NCBI GenBank assembly: GCA_026387335.1
Contig: JAPLLX010000001.1
Span: 234,620 to 298,619 of the forward strand
DNA length: 64,000 nt
Source of the DNA: Candidatus Omnitrophota bacterium
GTDB taxonomy: Bacteria > Omnitrophota > Gorgyraeia > Gygaellales > Profunditerraquicolaceae
Reading direction: 5' to 3'
Below, piece by piece: positions 1 through 8,076 of the stretch. Position 1 is the first letter of the stretch, and every line of letters starts with the position of its first letter. The notes under the pieces are model-generated. The model did not search any database. It saw only the letters and a list, made by a program, of their open reading frames with translations, and had not been told where the DNA came from. Both the position numbers and the translations under genes were made by a program.

Positions 1-855
1 AGCTTTTTGGTTTTCTCCTTAACTTATGTTCTGGGGGTCTGGCGCTGGGCCATGCTGCTTAAGGCGGTTAATATCGATATTCCGCTTAAGCGCGTAATTA
101 CGTCATTTTCCGGAGGAATATTTTTTAGCCTGTTCCTTCCCTCAACAATAGGAGGAGATTTCTTACGCAGCGTGGATTTATCCGTGCATACTCAAAAACC
201 TAAAGAGGTTATCGCGACAATATTCTTAGACCGTTTAAGCGGTTATATCGGGCTGGTCTTTCTGGCTATCTGCGCGCTATTCTTAGGCTGGAAAGTCCTG
301 GAAGACAGTAGCGTGTTAATATCCTTAGGAATAATAGTGGGTTTATTGTTTTTCCTTTTATTAATTTTGTTTAATAAGTACCTGTATACTAAAATAAATG
401 GTTTTCTTAAAAGCCCTAATGCCGGAAAGATCAGGGATTTAATCAGCGATCTACATGAAGAGATACACCTTTTCCGGGATAAACCCCGGATTGTAGCTAA
501 GAATATACTGGTTTCTATTCTAATCCAGGCGATTTCTCCGGTGACCTTTTATATTATCGCGTTAGCTTTAGGTATAAAAATAAGCTTACTCTACTTTTTT
601 ATTTTCCTACCAATAATCGGAGCGATCACCCTGTTGCCTATTTCTATAGGAGGTTTAGGTTTAAGGGACGCCTCGACTATATTCTTTTTTGCCAAGGTAG
701 GCGTGGGGAAGAACCTGGCTTTTGCTATGTCGCTGTTAAGTTTTTCTTTTATCCTTTTCTACGGAGCGGTGGGAGGTTTGATCTATGTCCTTACAGTACA
801 TAATAGACGGTTACAACGTAACGCACCACCCCGGGTTCACAAAAGTAGCCCTTAA
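1..855 (+). CDS. Membrane protein, 5' partial. Flippase-like / lysylphosphatidylglycerol-synthase TM-region (UPF0104) family.
   Basis: The frame is open from base 1 with no upstream stop in the window. The protein has multiple hydrophobic helices. The P-x-x-GGD-x-x-R motif (LPSTIGGDFLRSVDL) is typical of UPF0104 flippase-like domains. Confidence 0.6.
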   Translation, partial: SFLVFSLTYVLGVWRWAMLLKAVNIDIPLKRVITSFSGGIFFSLFLPSTIGGDFLRSVDLSVHTQKPKEVIATIFLDRLSGYIGLVFLAICALFLGWKVLEDSSVLISLGIIVGLLFFLLLILFNKYLYTKINGFLKSPNAGKIRDLISDLHEEIHLFRDKPRIVAKNILVSILIQAISPVTFYIIALALGIKISLLYFFIFLPIIGAITLLPISIGGLGLRDASTIFFFAKVGVGKNLAFAMSLLSFSFILFYGAVGGLIYVLTVHNRRLQRNAPPRVHKSSP

Positions 856-1270
856 GCATCTACCTGATTCCCGCGTCGCGCTTATCCAGTTAATCCGCAC
901 CCAGAAAGCATCCTTTAGCCCGAATAATAAATTTTGGGTAGTCTTTGACGGCTACCCCGGCGACCTGTCTTTAGAGAGTCTAGATAAAGGCAATATTATG
1001 GTGGTATTCTCGCGTTCGGAAAGCGCTGACAGGCGCATAAAGAAGTTAATTGAATTAATCCCTAACCCTAAAAATGTAATTGTTGTTTCCGACGATAAAG
1101 AGGTAAAATTTTTTGCTAAGTCTTGCCGCGCTTCGACCGAGAGCGTGGAAGATTTTCTTTCTGCTCAGAAGAAGTTGGCGCGCAAAGTAGCGAGAGCGCC
1201 GGAAGCAGAAATCAGCTATACCCAGATGCATAAAATCAATGAGGAACTGAAGAAAATATGGCTTGCCTAA
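785..1270 (+). CDS. YacP-like NYN-domain protein (predicted RNase, Rae1/YacP family).
   Basis: N-terminal IIDGYNV, then VVFDGYPG and SRSESADRRI, match the YacP/NYN pattern (DGYN ... VVFD ... ETAD). Confidence 0.65.
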   Translation: MSLQYIIDGYNVTHHPGFTKVALKHLPDSRVALIQLIRTQKASFSPNNKFWVVFDGYPGDLSLESLDKGNIMVVFSRSESADRRIKKLIELIPNPKNVIVVSDDKEVKFFAKSCRASTESVEDFLSAQKKLARKVARAPEAEISYTQMHKINEELKKIWLA

Positions 1271-2013
1271 AATTCTTAGGGACGGCCGGAGCGCGGTTTG
1301 TGATGATTGAGCAGCTTAGGTCATCAGGCGGCCTCTGGATTTCATATAAGGATACTAATGTTTTGATTGATCCCGGCCCGGGAAGCATAGTGCGTTGCGC
1401 TCTGAGCCGTCCGAAATTAAACCCCCTAGATTTAGACGGAATAATCCTCACCCATAAGCACCTGGACCACTCTAATGATATAAATGTGATGCTTGAGGCG
1501 ATGACTGAAGGAGGGTTTAAGAAGAGAGGTGTTGTTTTTTGTCCCTCAGACGCGCTCGGGGATGAGCCCATAATTTTAAAATACGCTAGGAATTTACCCG
1601 AAAAGATAGTGGCTCTAAAAGCAAATAAAGATTATAAAATAGGCGATTTTTCTTTTCAAACCTCCATGCGCCATATTCATCCTGTTGAAACTTACGGTTT
1701 AAAGTTTAATTTAGGGAATACGAGTATCGGTTTACTTACGGATACGAAATTTTTTAAAGAATTGAGAAATTTCTACAAAACAGATGTGCTAATTATTTCT
1801 GTAGTTTTTTTTGAGCCCCGGCCGGGCATAGACCATCTTTGTTTAGCCGATGCCGAAGAGATTATCAGGGTTTGTAAACCCAGGAAAACAATTTTAACCC
1901 ACTTTGGAATGACTATGCTTAAGGCCAAACCGCATATCCAGGCAAAGAAGATGGCTGAAAAGCTGGGTCTGGAAGTAGAGGCTGCCTATGACGGGATGAG
2001 CCTGAATTTTTAG
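1258..2013 (+). CDS. MBL-fold metallo-hydrolase.
   Basis: HKHLDH (HxHxDH) metallo-beta-lactamase motif. Length about 250 aa. Confidence 0.75.
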   Translation: MACLKFLGTAGARFVMIEQLRSSGGLWISYKDTNVLIDPGPGSIVRCALSRPKLNPLDLDGIILTHKHLDHSNDINVMLEAMTEGGFKKRGVVFCPSDALGDEPIILKYARNLPEKIVALKANKDYKIGDFSFQTSMRHIHPVETYGLKFNLGNTSIGLLTDTKFFKELRNFYKTDVLIISVVFFEPRPGIDHLCLADAEEIIRVCKPRKTILTHFGMTMLKAKPHIQAKKMAEKLGLEVEAAYDGMSLNF

Positions 2014-2023
2014 CATTATTTTC

Positions 2024-2052
2024 TTGACATAACTCCAGATTTATGATAAAGT
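2024..2052 (+). promoter_or_regulatory. Putative sigma70-type promoter, TTGACA-17-TAAAGT.
   Basis: -35 TTGACA at 2024-2029 and -10-like TAAAGT at 2047-2052. An AGGAGG RBS sits before the ATG at 2091. Confidence 0.35.
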
Positions 2053-2090
2053 TAAGTCAATTGTGAAACACTAACCTAAGGAGGTGGAGG

Positions 2091-2768
2091 ATGAGTAGTT
2101 GGCAAGTGGTTTTATTGGAACCGGCAAGGACTGTTCTTACCCAGATTGGTCAATTTGTGGTGAACGTTCTCTTGGTGCTTATAATACTCATTATTGGTTG
2201 GGTTATTTCCAAGCTGATCAGGACAATCGTTACCAAGGGCCTGAGAGCAGTCAAATTGGATGAACTTTCTGATCGTATTGGATTAGAAGCTGTTTTGGAA
2301 AAGGGCGGTATAAGTTTTTCCCTTTCGGAGTTGATTGGGGTAATCTGCTATTGGTTGGCGCTTTTGGTGACCTTTATGGTCGCGATTAATTCCATAGGCC
2401 TGACTATTGCCGCAGATTTATTAAACAAAGTAGTTCTTTATATACCTAACGTCATTGCGGCCATATTCATTTTGATTTTGGGTATGTTTGCGGCTACAAT
2501 ATTAAAGAATATAGTTCTGACAGCAGCTAATAACGCTGGTTTAGGTCAGGGAAAGCTTTTAGGCAAGGTAGTGGAAGTTGTCATCGTGCTCTTTGCCATC
2601 TTCGTGGCTTTAGAGCAGTTGAATATCGGTATCCGTATAACCGAGCTGACTTTGGCTATTGCCTTAGGTAGTTTAGGTTTGGGTCTAGCCCTAGCTTTTG
2701 GTTTAGGCTGCAGGGATATCGCCGGAAAATTCGTGAGTGATTTTACCGATAAAATGAAGAAAAAATAG
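2091..2768 (+). CDS. Integral membrane protein with repeated 'conserved TM helix' segments (MscS-associated type).
   Basis: Alternating hydrophobic helices with repeated LxxIG-type segments. No catalytic motifs. Confidence 0.5.
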   Translation: MSSWQVVLLEPARTVLTQIGQFVVNVLLVLIILIIGWVISKLIRTIVTKGLRAVKLDELSDRIGLEAVLEKGGISFSLSELIGVICYWLALLVTFMVAINSIGLTIAADLLNKVVLYIPNVIAAIFILILGMFAATILKNIVLTAANNAGLGQGKLLGKVVEVVIVLFAIFVALEQLNIGIRITELTLAIALGSLGLGLALAFGLGCRDIAGKFVSDFTDKMKKK

Positions 2769-2794
2769 CGACATGTTTTTAGTGGTAAATAAAA

Positions 2795-2828
2795 CCCCGC
2801 ACTTTTTAAGTTAGAGTGCGGGGTTTTT
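2795..2828 (+). terminator. Rho-independent terminator.
   Basis: Stem CCCCGCACT / AGTGCGGGG followed by a T-run, directly after the stop at 2768. Confidence 0.8.
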
Positions 2829-2841
2829 ATTTATAAAAACG

Positions 2842-3300
2842 ATGACTAGAATTAGCTACCGGTTATTTATAATTTTCCCTTTAGTTATTCTGTGTTTAGG
2901 CATGAGCTGCGTTCCCCGTAGGAACATCAACATTGAGGCGCAGCGATTGAGCCTGCAATCTATAGTCGAAGAAGCGTTGGGAGATATTGAATTTGCTTAT
3001 GAATCTAAAAATCTCGAAGGCTTTACGGGATTATTAGATCAAGGCTTTCCAGGAAAAGCCAGATTCCAAGCGGTTTTAGCCGACTATTTTCTCTACCTGG
3101 ATAAACCGCATCTTCATTTTGTGATCGATATGGTTATTGCCGATAAAAACGGGATAAAGGTAAATGTCCACTGGTTTAAAAAGGCAATAACAAACTTAAA
3201 TGTCGCCATCAAATCGCGGGGTTCATCGCAATTCTTGTTTAAAAGGTATCCTGAGGGCTTAAGGCTTAAACGCGTATTTAAGGAGAACCCGTTTTATTAG
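2842..3300 (+). CDS. Hypothetical secreted protein, possibly a lipoprotein.
   Basis: N-terminal hydrophobic signal-like segment ending near a Cys (VILCLGMSC). No recognisable domain. Confidence 0.4.
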   Translation: MTRISYRLFIIFPLVILCLGMSCVPRRNINIEAQRLSLQSIVEEALGDIEFAYESKNLEGFTGLLDQGFPGKARFQAVLADYFLYLDKPHLHFVIDMVIADKNGIKVNVHWFKKAITNLNVAIKSRGSSQFLFKRYPEGLRLKRVFKENPFY

Positions 3301-3349
3301 AAACCTCGGTGCTTAAGGATATTTTTAAAGACGGTCAAGAGAGGATGCA

Positions 3350-5416
3350 ATGAAGATAGTAAATAAGTTGACTTTAGGATTTACGGGGGTAGTTTTTTTA
3401 ATCGCAATTTTCGGGTTTTATGCCATATACGTAAGCCAACGCGAACTGACACAGTCTATAGGTTCGTCTTCTGCTTTGTTGGCCCAAGAGATGATAGATG
3501 AAATAGACAGGAGCATTTATTACAGAATAGTAGCGGTAAAGGAATTTATTTATGATGCGCCGGTTAAAAAAGCGGTTAGAGGGTCAAATATCAGGTATAA
3601 AAAGATGAAGAATATGGAGAAATACATAGAGGATAGAGATATCCTATGGAAGGCTCAGTCTAAGCCCGTTCTGACTCCTTTTATGCTTAGGCTCATCGGG
3701 AATGACCTATCCCGGCAATTAAAAGAAATGTCCGCGTTTTATGAAAAACAGGAGGGCCATAAAGTATTTGCCGAAATATTCATAACCAATAAATACGGAG
3801 CTAATATTGCCCAGAGCGCGAAAACCACTGATTTTTATCAGGCAGATGAAGAGTGGTGGCAAAAAGCAAAAGAAAAAGGCCTTTATGTCGGAGAGATCGG
3901 CTATGACGATAGCTCGGGTGTTTATTCAACTGACCTTGGGATAAGGCTTGATGACGAAGCAGGAAATTTTATCGGAGTAGTAAAGGCTGTTGTAAATATG
4001 GAGGATGTGGTTGCCATAATTAATCAGCTTAAGAATAGCGTCCCGTTTCAAAGAAACGTTGGATTAAAGCTGCTTACTTCCGAAAGAAAAATTATTTATT
4101 CAACAGAGCCATATATTGTTTCTGTTGCTGTATCCGATAATATATGGGAGCATATTAAGGGCGGCGGGGGGAGGCAGATGAATTATTTTATTGAAAAAAG
4201 CGAATCCCCGGGCGGCGGACAGGAATTATTTGCTCATGCCTTGTCAGCAGGCTTTAAAGACTATAAGGGCCGGGGCTGGGTTTTGTTGATTGAGTATAAA
4301 ACGAAGGAAATTCTTGCTTCCGTAAAAAAATTAAAACACATTCTTTTGTTTGTCTTAATGGGGACTATAAGTATTGTCCTGATTATATGGGTATTTATTT
4401 CTCACATGATTTCCAGGCCTATCGTAAAACTGGCTGATGCCGCGGAGAAAATAGGAAAGGGCAATCTGGATACCGGGTTAGAAATCCGGTCAAATGACGA
4501 GTTCTCATTATTGGCGGATGCTTTCCATAAAATGAAAGAGAATTTAAGGCAATCTATGACCTCTGTAGACAAACTTAATATAGAGGTCTCTGAACGTAAG
4601 AAGGCAGAGAAGGGGCTTAAATATGCCTATGAGCAGCTTAAATCTACTCAAGAACAGCTTATCCATGCTGAGAAATTAAATGCCGTAGGCCAATTAGCCA
4701 GCGGCGTAGCCCATGAAGTAAGGAATCCGTTGGGGATAATAATTCAGGGAATTAATTTTCTGGAGAGCAGGATACCGGCTGGCGAAAAGGAAATCTCTGA
4801 TGTCTTGGTTATGCTTAAAGATAATATCAAAAGGGCTAATAATATAATAGGTTCGCTTCTTGATTTTTCTAAAGCCGCGAGATTAAGCTTGCAACCGGAA
4901 AATATAAACTCTATTTTAGAAAGCTCGCTGGAGTTGGTTAAAAATCAGTTGCAATTTGAGAATATTGAAATAATCAAAGAAATGAAAATAAGCTTGCCTC
5001 AGGTTATGGCGGATAAATATAAACTGGAGCAGGTGTTTGTCAATGTTTTATTAAATGCGGTTCAGGCTATGCCGCAGGGGGGCAGGATTATTATACGTAG
5101 TTTTGATAAGCAATTGGAAGGGATAAATGATGGTATAGGTAATAAGGGGGGTGATCATTTTAAGGTTGGCGAGAAAGCTGTTATAGTTGAATTTGAGGAT
5201 ACGGGAGCCGGAATTTCTGAAGAAGACTTGAAAAAGTTATTTGTCCCGTTTTTTACTACCAAGGGGCCGCGGGGCGGCACAGGCCTTGGGTTATCTGTAA
5301 GTAGGAATATACTGCATATGCATAAAGCCTTAATATATGTGGAGAGCCGGGTTGGCAAGGGGACCAAAATTACATTAGTTTTAAAGATCGCCGGGGTGGA
5401 GGGGGAGGTAAAGTGA
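3350..5416 (+). CDS. Sensor histidine kinase: N-terminal TM, Cache-like periplasmic region, second TM, HAMP, HisKA, HATPase_c.
   Basis: H-box HEVRNPL. G-boxes (DTGAGI, GGTGLGL). Two hydrophobic segments flank a roughly 300-aa extracytoplasmic region. Confidence 0.85.
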   Translation: MKIVNKLTLGFTGVVFLIAIFGFYAIYVSQRELTQSIGSSSALLAQEMIDEIDRSIYYRIVAVKEFIYDAPVKKAVRGSNIRYKKMKNMEKYIEDRDILWKAQSKPVLTPFMLRLIGNDLSRQLKEMSAFYEKQEGHKVFAEIFITNKYGANIAQSAKTTDFYQADEEWWQKAKEKGLYVGEIGYDDSSGVYSTDLGIRLDDEAGNFIGVVKAVVNMEDVVAIINQLKNSVPFQRNVGLKLLTSERKIIYSTEPYIVSVAVSDNIWEHIKGGGGRQMNYFIEKSESPGGGQELFAHALSAGFKDYKGRGWVLLIEYKTKEILASVKKLKHILLFVLMGTISIVLIIWVFISHMISRPIVKLADAAEKIGKGNLDTGLEIRSNDEFSLLADAFHKMKENLRQSMTSVDKLNIEVSERKKAEKGLKYAYEQLKSTQEQLIHAEKLNAVGQLASGVAHEVRNPLGIIIQGINFLESRIPAGEKEISDVLVMLKDNIKRANNIIGSLLDFSKAARLSLQPENINSILESSLELVKNQLQFENIEIIKEMKISLPQVMADKYKLEQVFVNVLLNAVQAMPQGGRIIIRSFDKQLEGINDGIGNKGGDHFKVGEKAVIVEFEDTGAGISEEDLKKLFVPFFTTKGPRGGTGLGLSVSRNILHMHKALIYVESRVGKGTKITLVLKIAGVEGEVK

Positions 5417-5799
5417 ATAAAAAAAAGATACTAGTTGTGGATGATGAAATAGATTTCCTTAAGGTAATGAGATTGAACCTGGAAGAAACAGGAAGATTTG
5501 AAGTCGTTACATTAGAAAGCGCGAAAGAGATCATACCTTCTTTGCATAGTTTCCGGCCCGATTTGATCTTACTGGATCTACTTATGCCCGGAACAGGCGG
5601 CATGGAAGTATGCGAGATGCTAAATGCTGATCCTATCGGGCAGGAAGTGCCTGTTATTGTCCTCTCGGCCCTTGATAAATACACTGATAAACTTAAGGCT
5701 TTTCAGAGAGGGGTAGTGGATTACCTCGTAAAGCCCATAGAAAAAGGGGAACTTATTACCAGTATAGATAAAGCCTTCCAGTCCAAATATGGACAATAG
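5413..5799 (+). CDS. Response regulator, receiver domain only (CheY-like).
   Basis: ILVVDDE ... LILLDLLMPG ... K motif pattern. GTG start overlaps the kinase stop (GTGA). Confidence 0.85.
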   Translation: MNKKKILVVDDEIDFLKVMRLNLEETGRFEVVTLESAKEIIPSLHSFRPDLILLDLLMPGTGGMEVCEMLNADPIGQEVPVIVLSALDKYTDKLKAFQRGVVDYLVKPIEKGELITSIDKAFQSKYGQ

Positions 5800-6982
5800 C
5801 CACAGAAAAGTCGACGCAAACAATCTGCTTTTTATTTTAGGGGTAAGTTTGCTGGCGCGTATTCTCCCGCTTTTTAACGCTGTAGATTGGACTGACCTCT
5901 ATGCCCAGCAAGCGATACCTATACTGAACCACCTGAATATTTATAGCGCGACCCAAGGAATTTTTCCTTATTCTCCGGTTTCCATGTTCCTGCCGGCTTT
6001 AGGCGCGAAAATTTCGCTTATTTTTAGGGTTCCTTTTCATATAATCATGCGGCTGCCCGCGATCGTCGCCGATGTAGGCATTGCTCTTTCGATTTATGTC
6101 ACCTTGATAAAGATGGGAAGGAAAAACGCGTTTTCAGCGGGATTGCTTTACGCGTTAAATCCGCTATCTATTCTGATATCTTCTTTTCACGGTAATATAA
6201 TATCCATAGCCACGCTATTCTCTTTTCTGGCCTATGCGGTATTGCTGCTGGGGGTAGAGAAAAATTACAGATTGTCCGCGCTGCTGTTGGGGGTGGGAAT
6301 AGGTTTTCGGGGGTATCCCATACTTCTCCTGCCGCTGTTTCTTCTTAAATTAAAGATTTCTTTATCCAAAAAGATAGAGTATGTTATTTATTCGGTCATT
6401 CCCACGACGATTTCTTTTGTGCCATTTTTATTTTTAGACTATAAGTCGGTTTTCCGGGAAGTTTTTTCCTACAGCGGGTTTCCGGATTATGGCCTGGCAG
6501 CCATTTTAAGAGCGATTTATTCTTTTGTGAATAATACCCGCTTGTACGGCCTTCCTGATAACCTGCTCGGAATATTAGCGGACACTAGCAAAGCCCTATT
6601 TTTCGTGGTGTATGCACTGATTCTTTTAGTGTCCGCAAAGAAAAAATTAGTATCTTTAATATTAGTTGTTTTCCTTACTTTCTTTTTTGTATATACGGGA
6701 ATTTCATCCCAGTATTTTATATGGGTATTACCGTTTGCCTTTTTAGTCCGGGACAAAATGCTGAAGTATTATGTGCTATTTGGTACATGGGCTTTAGTAA
6801 ATTTTTACTGGATATATCATCCGCATATAATATTCGGTAAAATAGGGGTTATAAACCTACCGCTTAATATTTTGCTGTTAGGAGAGATAATTTCATTAAG
6901 CGTGCTTTGGCTGGTCTGTTTGCTCTGGGCTCTTAAGCTTATGGTTGAAAAAGAAGTTTGCGCTGAAAGCGTCTTTTTATGA
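5789..6982 (+). CDS. Polytopic membrane glycosyltransferase of GT-C fold (DUF2029/GT87-like mannosyltransferase family).
   Basis: About 11 TM helices. N-terminal region and loop architecture resemble polyprenol-phosphate-sugar-dependent GT-C enzymes. Overlaps the response-regulator gene by 11 nt. Confidence 0.5.
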   Translation: MDNSHRKVDANNLLFILGVSLLARILPLFNAVDWTDLYAQQAIPILNHLNIYSATQGIFPYSPVSMFLPALGAKISLIFRVPFHIIMRLPAIVADVGIALSIYVTLIKMGRKNAFSAGLLYALNPLSILISSFHGNIISIATLFSFLAYAVLLLGVEKNYRLSALLLGVGIGFRGYPILLLPLFLLKLKISLSKKIEYVIYSVIPTTISFVPFLFLDYKSVFREVFSYSGFPDYGLAAILRAIYSFVNNTRLYGLPDNLLGILADTSKALFFVVYALILLVSAKKKLVSLILVVFLTFFFVYTGISSQYFIWVLPFAFLVRDKMLKYYVLFGTWALVNFYWIYHPHIIFGKIGVINLPLNILLLGEIISLSVLWLVCLLWALKLMVEKEVCAESVFL

Positions 6983-7190
6983 AAACACTGCGCTTGTCCG
7001 AAAAGATTATCATCGGTTTTTTTCTGCTCCTCTATCTAAGCGAGGTAGTCTATATCTTGACCATGCCGGGAGTTGTAAAATGAAGGTATTTTTGAAGACC
7101 TACGGTTGACCGTTGGTGTAAGTACCGCGTGATGATTTTAGGAATTTTAAAGAAGTTAAGTGATTGTGATAAAAAGGATTAAGGCAATAA

Positions 7191-8048
7191 ATGGAGCCGT
7201 CCCCATTATTTTTTTCTATGAATGCAGATAATCTGGCAGAAGAAAATCACCGTGCGCGCTCAAACTTCGTGCGGGGGCTTGTTCAGCGTTCAAGCGGTCT
7301 TGCTACCGCATCCCCCGTATTCACCAACAACCCCCCGATGAGGATTGTGCAGTTTTGGGACGATCTGGATCGACTGCCTGAAGATGTGGACGAAAGCATC
7401 GAAACATGGAGGAAGACAGAGGAGCAGGGCTTTGAAAGATTACTTTTCGACAAGTGCCAAGCAAGAGATTTTATTAGGCGAAGACTCGGTGCACGGCACA
7501 AACGAGCCTACGACAAGTGCTATCACCCAGCAATGCAGTCAGACTATTTTCGACTTTGCTATATCCTCGTGGAGGGTGGCTGTTACATTGACGTTGACGA
7601 TATTTACGGAGGTTCCCAAATCCAGCACCTCTTCAGCGATTGTCGGTTAAAAATTCAACCCCTATGCTATGACATAGCGACAAATATGATGATTCCACCA
7701 TCGCGTTTTACTAAACCAGGAGCAAGCGCCGCTAGCTGGATTTTCTACTTTAATAACAATCCGCTAATTGCTGGCTGTGGGCATCCATTAATAGAGCGTG
7801 CACTCGCTCGAGCCACCCTTTCCCTTGAGAAAGACATGACAAACGGATTACCAGAAATCCAATCAACAACTGGCCCAGGGAATCTTACCAAATCGATATT
7901 TGACGCTGTAACTGAGAGTAGCGATATCGAACAGACCCTTCTTGTGCTTTGCGATTGGGAAAACATTGTCAAAAACAGATGGAAACTCAGCTATAGGAAC
8001 GATGCAAGGAACTGGAGGCTTTCGAACTGCAGATGTTATCAAAAATGA
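7191..8048 (+). CDS. Glycosyltransferase with DXD sugar-binding region (GT32 / Och1-TcdA-like, Gly_transf_sug).
   Basis: IVQFWDD ... AMQSDYFRLCYILVEGGCYIDVDD matches the Gly_transf_sug signature. Higher GC and different codon usage than neighbours. Confidence 0.7.
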   Translation: MEPSPLFFSMNADNLAEENHRARSNFVRGLVQRSSGLATASPVFTNNPPMRIVQFWDDLDRLPEDVDESIETWRKTEEQGFERLLFDKCQARDFIRRRLGARHKRAYDKCYHPAMQSDYFRLCYILVEGGCYIDVDDIYGGSQIQHLFSDCRLKIQPLCYDIATNMMIPPSRFTKPGASAASWIFYFNNNPLIAGCGHPLIERALARATLSLEKDMTNGLPEIQSTTGPGNLTKSIFDAVTESSDIEQTLLVLCDWENIVKNRWKLSYRNDARNWRLSNCRCYQK

Positions 8049-8076
8049 TTTGCCAAGAACATATCGAGGGGGATGA

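Noticed and set aside
5155-5684. Minus-strand ORFs of 70 and 104 aa across the histidine kinase / response regulator junction.
   Set aside because: Antisense to the overlapping kinase/regulator pair. The Pro-rich stretch is a reverse-frame artefact of a Gly-rich HATPase segment.
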